Below are positions 7,032-15,300 of a stretch of 22,688 bases of DNA, one piece after another. Position 1 is the first letter of the stretch; each line of letters starts with the position of its first letter. Source of the DNA: a virus; IMG/VR virus record IMGVR_UViG_3300029928_000041; one strand, given 5' to 3'. The notes below the pieces were generated by a model. That model worked only from the letters and a program-made list of their open reading frames with translations. It did not search any database and had not been told where the DNA came from. The translations under genes were made by a program, and so were the position numbers.

Positions 7032-7459
7032 CGGCACTCCATCTCGTTTCTGAGCTTGTATATCTTGTGGTCGGCACCTGCCGTGCATTCCACATCATGC
7101 ATGACCATGAGCGCCATCTGCACCTCGTATCTGCTGAACCCGTCTGTGAGGCTTGCGATCTCCGTGAGCGTGGATGCGTACGGCACGGCCTTCCTGACCG
7201 CTTCCTTGCATTCCTCGGACACGGAGCACCACTCGGATCCTATCTTCTCATAGAGGAGCCTTTTCTCCTCCTCCGTGCCGTTCAGCTTCACGGACAAGGG
7301 CATCTTCCTCCATTCTATCAGCGGGGTATCGACTCTCCAGATGATGCTGAGGACCGAACGGGGAAGCATATTCAGCTTCCACGCCAGATCCCCTATGATA
7401 ACGTAGTCGTCTGCCGCGCACAGATGCTGCCATACCTTGAAATCATTGCGGTTCATCAT
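7016..7459 (-). CDS. Hypothetical protein, 147 aa, with two winged-helix-like segments
   Basis: ATGA overlap with the upstream stop and a GAGGT RBS; patterns IIGDLAWKLNM.PRSV.SII and STLTEIASLTDGFSRYEVQMAL...YKL. Confidence 0.6.
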   Translation of the reverse strand: MMNRNDFKVWQHLCAADDYVIIGDLAWKLNMLPRSVLSIIWRVDTPLIEWRKMPLSVKLNGTEEEKRLLYEKIGSEWCSVSEECKEAVRKAVPYASTLTEIASLTDGFSRYEVQMALMVMHDVECTAGADHKIYKLRNEMECRCTRA

Positions 7460-8070
7460 CGATACCTCGGGTTTCTTGCGGTTCTCCCGCGTATGCCGTC
7501 GTTTCTCCTGTCGGAGGACCACAGCTCTTCGTAGTCTCTGTTGTCGCTCTCGCTATCGACGAGACATTCTCTGAGAGGCATGGCTCTGATGCTCTCCGCC
7601 AGACCCTCTCCTTCGCCTGAAGGCCCCTCGGACCCGTTGTAGTCCTCTACATATCTTTTCGCCTGCTCCGCCACTCTTTCGGCAATGAGTTTTGGCGTAG
7701 GAGTCTTGTAATCCCATTCGGAAGGGATATCGAGCACGTCCAGCGTTCCGTACAGAGCGGGCCTCATGTACGGATTGGGATACGCTCCGTTCTCCATGAT
7801 GTTGTGATAGACACGGTCGGCGAACTTCTCATCTCTGCCGTTCCGCTTGGCCCATTCCCTGAATCTCTCCTGCGTCCTGGTGAGACCGTTCTTTCCCGGA
7901 GGCCCTCTGGAATCCTTGCTTGCAGGCTCCGTTCCGAATTCCACGTATGCGGCATACGGAGTATCGGCGATGACGACCCACGGCTCCAAGGCACCCGGGT
8001 CGCCCTCGCTCACCTCGTCCAGGATGATGTCCAGGAGGTCGTCGGGAAGGATCTCGGTGTGGACTTCCAT
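7456..8070 (-). CDS. HK97 gp10-like neck/tail-completion protein, ~204 aa
   Basis: PYAAYVEFGT ... AYPNPYMRPAL signature; TGATG coupling to the portal stop. Confidence 0.75.
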   Translation of the reverse strand: MEVHTEILPDDLLDIILDEVSEGDPGALEPWVVIADTPYAAYVEFGTEPASKDSRGPPGKNGLTRTQERFREWAKRNGRDEKFADRVYHNIMENGAYPNPYMRPALYGTLDVLDIPSEWDYKTPTPKLIAERVAEQAKRYVEDYNGSEGPSGEGEGLAESIRAMPLRECLVDSESDNRDYEELWSSDRRNDGIRGRTARNPRYR

Positions 8071-9779
8071 CAATCCATGCTCCCGTCGGCTTCCCTCTTG
8101 GAGAGGTCTACCTCGTCCTTGGCGTCGCCGATCTCCTCGTCCTCTCTGCGGGCGGTGCCCTTCTCAGGAGGCCCGTCTCCGTCTCCCGGCATCATTCCGC
8201 CGTCGGCGATAGGCTGCTGGGCCGCCTGCGCGGCCTGCATGGCCTCCTGCTTTCTGCGCTCCACCTGATCGATGGGTTCCTCGGAGTATCTGATGTCTCC
8301 GTCCACATTGAAGATATCGAATCCGAGAGACTTCATCATCTGCGCCTCCTGGAGCTTGTCCATTCTGCGCTTGGCGTCGGTGTATGCCTTGGACGGTCTG
8401 TTGACTCTCAGGTTCCAGTCGGTTATATTGGGGAACCAGCTCATGATCCAGTCGCACAGGCTGTCTATGAACTCGTATTTGTCCATCAGGTACCTGTCGA
8501 AGATGGTTATCTGCTGACTCTCGTTGTTCATTCCTCCCGATGCCTCCACATCTCCTGCGAACAGGTTGGGGACTCCGCCGTGAGCGCACAGCCTGTCTCT
8601 GATGTCGTCCTTGGCCTGCAACGCCTGCGATGCGTCGTCGGTTCCCAGCTCAAGGGTCTGAGCCTTCATCTCCGCCGTACCGGGTATCTGCGGAGGCGTG
8701 CAGATGATGGGGATGGAGTTGGTATTGGTGGACAGAACGTCTTGAACGCCCTTCGCCATGGACTCGGCATCCTGCTCGCTGAATCCGGGCAGGATGACAA
8801 TCTTCCTCACGTATCCGAACTTGTATCTGGACAGGAAATGCTTCTCCAGATAGTGATACGCCAGCAGGTCGTCCTCGATGTCGAACCATATCGGGATGCC
8901 GTATGTCAGCGAGGGTCTGAACCAATGGTCCTGATAGACCTCCTCCTGCGTGTACAGCCAGTATTGTCCCGCACCTCCTGGAGACTCGCCGATCTGCCAG
9001 TACGCAGGATATATCTCCTTGCCGTCCTGAGCCAGCTGGTAGATCTTCTCCTCGTCGGTGTCTATGTTTATCTTGCTCTGTCTGTTGTCGCGGGTGAATC
9101 CGTAGGTGGTTCCCGGCTTTCCCGTCCTGTCGAAAAGACTCATGACATACTCGGGAGCCTCTGCGATGAACTCAAGCGGGTATGCGCGCTGCAGCCTTCC
9201 GCTGTCGGAGTCTATGAGATCCCCGGTGACGCATAGGATGTATGCCTGGTTGTTCAGATACTGGGATTCGGCATACGATCTCAGAACCTCCTTCAGCGTC
9301 TGCCCGTTGTCGTTGGCCTCTTTGAGGAAGCTCCTGCCGTTGGGACGGATGAAATACGCCTGCTGTGTCCAATCGGGTCTGCGGAGTCTTGCCGAACCGC
9401 ATGACGGGCATTTGGACACTTCGGTCTGCGCTTCATATCCGCATTCCTCGCATTTCTTGTTGAATTTCGGTTCGAATCCCAGACCGTGCCTGAACAATTC
9501 GGTGGTAGCGCGGGAGCAGATGGTGGATAGAACGGAGACTTCGCGGCGATACCAGTTCATCAAGGTATACATCATCCAGAAGTTGGACTGCTCCGCCACG
9601 CGATAGTATTGGTTGGTAGGACGCTCTGCATTCGCAATCGCCACATTTATGCGCTGATAGTCGCTCTGCCTGTCCAGGACATCGTCCGTGGATGCTCCGA
9701 GCATCTTCGAGTCCAGCTCGATGGTGCCGAGCCGCTCCATCGGCATCTCACGGGTAAGTTGACCGCCTGCTATTCTCAT
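8070..9779 (-). CDS. Portal protein, 569 aa, with a CxxC..CxxC zinc-ribbon insertion
   Basis: Directly downstream of TerL, with typical size and motifs (YGIPIWFDIEDDL, AHGGVPNLFAGD, QITIFDR); AGGTGA RBS. Confidence 0.85.
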   Translation of the reverse strand: MRIAGGQLTREMPMERLGTIELDSKMLGASTDDVLDRQSDYQRINVAIANAERPTNQYYRVAEQSNFWMMYTLMNWYRREVSVLSTICSRATTELFRHGLGFEPKFNKKCEECGYEAQTEVSKCPSCGSARLRRPDWTQQAYFIRPNGRSFLKEANDNGQTLKEVLRSYAESQYLNNQAYILCVTGDLIDSDSGRLQRAYPLEFIAEAPEYVMSLFDRTGKPGTTYGFTRDNRQSKINIDTDEEKIYQLAQDGKEIYPAYWQIGESPGGAGQYWLYTQEEVYQDHWFRPSLTYGIPIWFDIEDDLLAYHYLEKHFLSRYKFGYVRKIVILPGFSEQDAESMAKGVQDVLSTNTNSIPIICTPPQIPGTAEMKAQTLELGTDDASQALQAKDDIRDRLCAHGGVPNLFAGDVEASGGMNNESQQITIFDRYLMDKYEFIDSLCDWIMSWFPNITDWNLRVNRPSKAYTDAKRRMDKLQEAQMMKSLGFDIFNVDGDIRYSEEPIDQVERRKQEAMQAAQAAQQPIADGGMMPGDGDGPPEKGTARREDEEIGDAKDEVDLSKREADGSMD

Positions 9780-9806
9780 ATGTCACCTGCCATCGTATAT
9801 CGGGGT

Positions 9807-11264
9807 TTAAAAATCTCTTCTGGATGCGAACACTCTCCTGCTGGTTCTGCCGGTCTGTTCGGGTATCGCGCGTCCGTCGCCTCCCTTGGCTTCGAATACA
9901 CGTGCGGAAGCGTTCACGAAGAATTTGGAGGAGCTGTATCTCAGAGCATCCAGAGTGTGATCGAACTCTTTGATGGGCCTCTCCAACCAATTGCCGTTCT
10001 TGTCTTGGTCGTAGGCATAGTTCTGAAGCTCGATTATCATGTTCCTGCAGGATTGATGGATGTGCATCTTGAATGATTGGAGCCTCTGGATGCCGTTCTT
10101 CAGAGAATCGGGGCCCTTGAGCGCGGGGCGGATGGCAGGCAGCGCCCATATGTATGCGGACTCTCTGCCTTCTTCATCCACGATGACCTCTGCAAGACCT
10201 CTCTGAAGCTCGCTGATGGACTTGGGCTCCGCGGCATCGGCCCATATCTCCTCCTTGCCGTATCCCATCATGCAGATGCGCTTGGCAATGGCGAGATTGG
10301 TCATTCCCTTCTCGTACATCTCGTCGAACACCCATAGCTCTCTCGCGCCGATGTCGAAATACACTGCTACGAAGGCATTGTACGAGATGGAGTATCCGAA
10401 ATCCAGTCCGAAGGACAGCTGGCCCCGAGGGTGCTGCTCCATGACCTCGTGGATATCGAACGCCTCCTGCACCCAGTTCTCATAAATCAGACCCTCTGCG
10501 ATTCCCCATTCCCCATCGCACACGATACGCGCAAGGCGCGGAGAATCCGTATACAGGGACATGTACTGCGCTCTGTCCACATCGGACAGGTACTCGTTGC
10601 ATCTGAACGTCGTGGTGAGAGCCAGCGTGTCGTCGCGGGGTTCGTCGAAGAATCTCTTCTTGATCCATGATGTGGCGGACCAGGGGTTGAACGTCCCGGT
10701 GTACTGCTTCCACAGATGCGGAGGCAGATTTCCACGGATGGACATCGCCAAGGTGTTGAATGCGTCCTCGTTCTCGAAATCCGCGAACTCCTCCATCCAC
10801 ACCCAGCACAGATATCCGTCGGATACGCCTACGGATGCCAGTTTGAGAGGGTCGTCCATTCCTCTGAACAGGATGACCTGATCGTTCGGACGGGATGCCG
10901 TCTTGCGATGCGTCATCCTCAGATTGGATGGGGATATCTCCCAGCTGTCATGAAGATAGAGGCGGTTGATCGCCCATTCCAATGTGGCGAACACCGAATC
11001 GCGGAGGGTGTTCCCTTGTTTCTTGATGACGAGCAGATTGGCATCAGGGTACATCTCCAGATGCCAGATGAACCACAGCGCGGCCGTATACGACTTCTTG
11101 GAACCTTTGGAGCCTTTCACCATGCGGTACAGAGCCTTGCTGTTCCAGAACTCGTCATACCCGTCGCCGATGAGCTTGCGGAGCGATACGATGGGTCTCC
11201 CGTCGGGTCCGATGGGGTCGCCGTAGCGTGTGACTCCGTATCCGATGTCGGCGCTCTCCGCCAT
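9807..11264 (-). CDS. terL: Terminase large subunit (PBSX/Terminase_3-like), 485 aa
   Basis: Walker A variant KGSKGSKKS, Walker B WVWMEE, FRGMDDP, TFNP, and nuclease motifs GLDFG, DAAEP and DHTLDALRY. An AGGTG RBS 6 nt before the ATG at 11264 makes the track's GTG at 11273 part of the RBS. Confidence 0.95.
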   Translation of the reverse strand: MAESADIGYGVTRYGDPIGPDGRPIVSLRKLIGDGYDEFWNSKALYRMVKGSKGSKKSYTAALWFIWHLEMYPDANLLVIKKQGNTLRDSVFATLEWAINRLYLHDSWEISPSNLRMTHRKTASRPNDQVILFRGMDDPLKLASVGVSDGYLCWVWMEEFADFENEDAFNTLAMSIRGNLPPHLWKQYTGTFNPWSATSWIKKRFFDEPRDDTLALTTTFRCNEYLSDVDRAQYMSLYTDSPRLARIVCDGEWGIAEGLIYENWVQEAFDIHEVMEQHPRGQLSFGLDFGYSISYNAFVAVYFDIGARELWVFDEMYEKGMTNLAIAKRICMMGYGKEEIWADAAEPKSISELQRGLAEVIVDEEGRESAYIWALPAIRPALKGPDSLKNGIQRLQSFKMHIHQSCRNMIIELQNYAYDQDKNGNWLERPIKEFDHTLDALRYSSSKFFVNASARVFEAKGGDGRAIPEQTGRTSRRVFASRRDF

Positions 11265-11719
11265 CGGCTGCACCTGCCGTTCACAGGAATTATGACCTCA
11301 TCGCAGTCGTCATCATCATCGTCATCATCATCGTCGGGTGCCTCGATGGGAACGCACCCATTCGTCGCGGCACTCGCAGGCGCCAGGTCGTTGACGAACA
11401 TTGGGGCCTCCACCTGCATGAGCTGCTCCTTGACGGGTTCCAGACCTCCGTATTTGAAGAGGAACTCCGCCTTGCGCTGGTCTCCTGCCAGAGCATCCGC
11501 TGCGAACTGAAGGATGATGCGGGTCTTGATATCCACATTGGCATCCTTGTAGTCCTTGAGGGGCCTGATGCCGTCCACGGATTCGACAGGGCCTTTCCTG
11601 AGGGGGGTGCAGAGGACTGCACCGATGATGTTCTGGACGTCGCGGCGACCGTTCTTCTTCCCGACTGCTCTCGAAACGAGGATCTCGGTCGGCGTGTACG
11701 CATCGGTGTCGCCTCTCAT
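11117..11719 (-). CDS. Putative terminase small subunit (about 150 aa genuine plus read-through into terL)
   Basis: Immediately upstream of terL; helical core (IILQFAADALAGDQRKAEFLFKY) and a poly-Asp tail. The call is mainly positional. Confidence 0.55.
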   Translation of the reverse strand: MRGDTDAYTPTEILVSRAVGKKNGRRDVQNIIGAVLCTPLRKGPVESVDGIRPLKDYKDANVDIKTRIILQFAADALAGDQRKAEFLFKYGGLEPVKEQLMQVEAPMFVNDLAPASAATNGCVPIEAPDDDDDDDDDDCDEVIIPVNGRCSRWRRAPTSDTESHATATPSDPTGDPSYRSASSSATGMTSSGTARLCTAW

Positions 11720-11725
11720 GGAATC

Positions 11726-12193
11726 TCACCTGTTGAATGCCCCGTCTTTCTTCATGCGCCCGAGAGGGGTCTGCCACCCGCACCTCTGGCATCTGTCCGG
11801 GAGCATTTTGAGAGACATGCCGTATTTGAGCTTGCATCCGGGACATGTCCACCCGTCGTTGACATTGTCCACGATATCTCCGCCTTCGAAATTCTCCCCA
11901 TAGAATTGGAAGTACATCTCTGCGAGATTATCACCGAGGGCGAACTCTCTCGCACACATGTCGTAATCGCCTTTGGTCGCACGGAACTTCTCCATCTGAG
12001 CACCCTGCTCGGACTTGGATGCCATCCTCTCGACGCCTCTGCGCTCCTGCCTGTATATGTCCAGACGAAGCCTGTTGGCCACCTCGGGATCAACCCAGCG
12101 CTGCAGCATGGATGCAGGCATCAGCCTGAGGTCCTCCGGCGTGAAGGAGTGATGCATCAGTTCCCTGAATTCCTCTGTACTCCGCGTCACCAT
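11726..12193 (-). CDS. Hypothetical protein, 155 aa, with a C-terminal zinc ribbon (CPGC..CQRC)
   Basis: First gene after the AT-rich promoter; two CxxC pairs. Confidence 0.7.
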   Translation of the reverse strand: MVTRSTEEFRELMHHSFTPEDLRLMPASMLQRWVDPEVANRLRLDIYRQERRGVERMASKSEQGAQMEKFRATKGDYDMCAREFALGDNLAEMYFQFYGENFEGGDIVDNVNDGWTCPGCKLKYGMSLKMLPDRCQRCGWQTPLGRMKKDGAFNR

Positions 12194-12214
12194 GCCTTGT
12201 CGATGGATTGAGGC

Positions 12215-12238
12215 TTATATATATATATTCCTGGAATA
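12215..12238 (-). promoter_or_regulatory. Strong TATA repeat promoter of the packaging/head operon with an adjacent palindrome (TATTCC-T-GGAATA)
   Basis: The (TA)n tract ends 22-23 nt before the ATG at 12193; the palindrome is at 12226-12238. Confidence 0.6.
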
Positions 12239-12285
12239 ATAATTCTCGAAATATAGATGAATATAATAATATGTAAAATGTTTGA

Positions 12286-12305
12286 GAAGGGGGACATCCC
12301 CCTTC
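12286..12305 (-). terminator. Hairpin after the giant ORF (GAAGGGGGA/TCCCCCTTC)
   Basis: 8-9 bp stem 3 nt after the stop, followed by an AT/T-rich tract. Confidence 0.55.
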
Positions 12306-12308
12306 CGG

Positions 12309-15300
12309 TCAGTTCCTGACCCTCGGACCTATGCCTGCATTCTTGCGGGTGAGACCCTCGTCGTTGCGCTTGGCTTCAGGGATCTCGTCGGGGACCGCCT
12401 TGGTCCTGCCATCCTGTCCCATACTGACGGGGACGCATCCGAACGTGAACACAGAGCCTCCTACGGGAAGTCCATAGGGGTGTCCCTCCTTGCCTGCGTT
12501 CTTGGCGATGCTCTCCATCATATCCCTCATTGACATGTTCATCATGCTTTCCATAGTACCACTTTTCCCTATAGGTTTCAAATCGTTTTTTCCGCTGTTC
12601 CCGGTTTCCCCGTCGCCCATCTTTTCACGGTTCTCCTTCTCGATCTGCTTGACGATCTCCGCATCTTTGAACAGGTTGCGGTTTTTGTTCGGATCCGTAG
12701 CCGGATATTTTCCGTCGTTGATACGCGAATCGTTCCATGCGCCAACGCTCTGAGTCAACGGATTGAGCTCAGGATTGTAATCCTCTATCTCAGGAATGCT
12801 CTTGGGATTCTCCTCGCGCACGGCCTCCGCATCCGCACGCTGCTGGCTGCGGTTATCCTTCACCGTGTTCTTCACATTCATGCCTCCTGCGATCTTCAGA
12901 GGGTCCTCCTGATTCTTCCAGGATTCCGACTCAAGGGGCGATCTGGTCCCAGACGGATTGCCGCCGATACCCCCTGTGGTTCTGTTCGGAATCAGGCTCG
13001 GATTATACGTTCCATCGTCCCATGCCCCCGACTCTGCTGCAATCTCTCTGCTCCTGGTGACGTCATGAACATCGCTGAGGTTTATTCCGCTGCCTCTTCC
13101 TCCCAGCTCTCCGAGATCGTCATCATCCTCTTCAGGGTAGCGCGGCAACTCAGGTGCACCGTTTGAAAAACGACGGCCTATTTCATCGTTCATCTTCTCC
13201 TGGTAGAGGTCCGCAGAGTCACCGTAGAGCTTGCGCAAATTCATTGTGTAATCTACCATGTCCGCCATCTTTCCGAATCCAAGCTCATACAAATCCCTGT
13301 GCAGGTTCCTGTACTGTTTCATATGCTTGTCATCGAACAGCTCATCGTTCCCGATGTCGTAGTTACGCATATCCTCGAAGAACCTCCTAGTCCTGTTGCG
13401 CAGTCTGTCGAACATCCCTTCATAGATGTCTGTACCAGAGTTCTCTATAGCTTCGGCGAGCGGGACCTGCTGAGCGATGCGTTTCCCTTCTTCCAACTTC
13501 TTGCGTCCCTCCCTCTCCCTCTTGTTCTCCACAGGTCCTCTTCCCAGCTGATTTCTGGCCTCATTGCTCAGCTGACCGGTACGGCTGTCCTGGACGAATG
13601 GATTGAAGGATTCCATGATGCCGATATCCTCCTTGAAGTCGGAAAGCGCTTCGGGATCGTCCTTGAGCTTCTCGAACACATCGCCGTACTTATCAGACAT
13701 CTTGGCATCCGTTTTCTGTGTACCTGCTCTGGATATGTCTGTAAGAAGGTTTTTTCCGAGCTTCAGCGCTTCCTTCAGCCTTTCATCGGAATCCTCGGGC
13801 TCCTTCAGAAGACCTCCAATCGTATTCTCCACGGAATGATACGCATAATAGTACGCATTGTCGTATCTGTCCTTCATCGACTGGGATCTTCTGATATTCC
13901 TCTTCTTCTCAGCCATGCGCCTCTTCATGGAGGCTTCGTTCAGGACGATGGTGGCGGCATCGACCAGCATGCCTTTCTTGAGATTCTTGCTCCAGCTCTC
14001 GAAAGGCACGTCCGTCGGTACAGTGTCGGCAGGGTTGATGTATCCGTTCCTCTTGCAGAATGCCCTCCCTTCCGCTGTACCCAGCCATGCGAGGGCCTTC
14101 CGGGCGATCTCCCTGTTGTCCTTGCTTGCGCTCAGCCATTTGTTCGCATAGGTCTTGCGGCTTGCGAGATCCTTGTTGATGAGCTCGCTCTTCATGGAAT
14201 CCGATACAGTCAGCCTCGAAGGACGCCCGGCTTCCAGCTCCTCCTTTACTTCGGGATCGATTCCTCTGGGGTTCAGATGCAGAGTGTTGGTCTTTACGAA
14301 ATCCTCTACGACATGCCTCGGGAGAATCTGGAAGAGCCTGATCATCGAATCGATATCGACCGTGTTGCTGCCGGAGCCGGAGAGCTTGTCGTACCAGATG
14401 TTGGGGTAGTTCCTCACCAGCTCTGTAACCTTGTTCGTCGCCCACGTCTTGTCGTTGCGTGGAACATAGGTGCCGAGCATGCGTGCGCCGATGATATTGT
14501 TTTTCAGAGCCTCCTTCTTATCCCTTTCTGTCAATCTTGTTTGTTCAAGATTCAAGGCATCCATGTAATCTTCCAGTTGCCTATCGCTGAGCTTTCCTGG
14601 ACCTACGCGGAACGCATCTGCAGCCTCATCGTAGTATGTGCGACTCGCCATCGTCCTGAACAGGGCATTGCGCTTCTTCTCCAACAAAGCTCTGTCCTTC
14701 TTCAACTTAGCTCTTTCCACTGGAAGCAGGTCTTCAGACTCCAATCTCGACTCTAATGTTTTCAAGCTGCTCATGGTGTTTATGAGCTCCTTGCGCTCCT
14801 GAGCGGTGAGGCCGAGGTATTCAGGGGGCAGATCGAGTTCGTCCCCCGGTTTGCGATTCACCTTCGCATTCGCATATTCCATGTATGCGTTGTACTTCTG
14901 TTCGTCCAACGCATTGTTGTCGGCCGCCCCGAGGGCATCCATGATGTCGTTGAAATGACGTCCTCTCAGTGCGCTCTTCTCATTGAACGGATATCTGGCC
15001 TTGCCGTACTTGGGATACCAGATCTGCTCTTCGCCCTTATCGTTCGTGAATTTCTTGTTAGGGGTGGTACCCGGCAGAAGATAGGAGGTCTCGTCGTTTA
15101 TAGCCTGATCCGCGAAGGGTTTGGATGATACTCCCGCCTCGAATGCGCTGTCGCCGTAGGTGGGCTTGTCCTCGCGGTACCAGCCCATGCCTTCGCGGTC
15201 GATTATCGGATGGCTTCCGAACTCATTGCTGTTGGATTTGCGGTCCGCATCCACGAGCAGCCTGGTGATGTTCCGGAGCCAGTGCATCTTGTCCCTGTTT

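Noticed and set aside
11265-11273. GTG start of terL given by the ORF track
   Set aside because: The GTG is part of the AGGTG RBS; the ATG at 11264 has the proper spacing.
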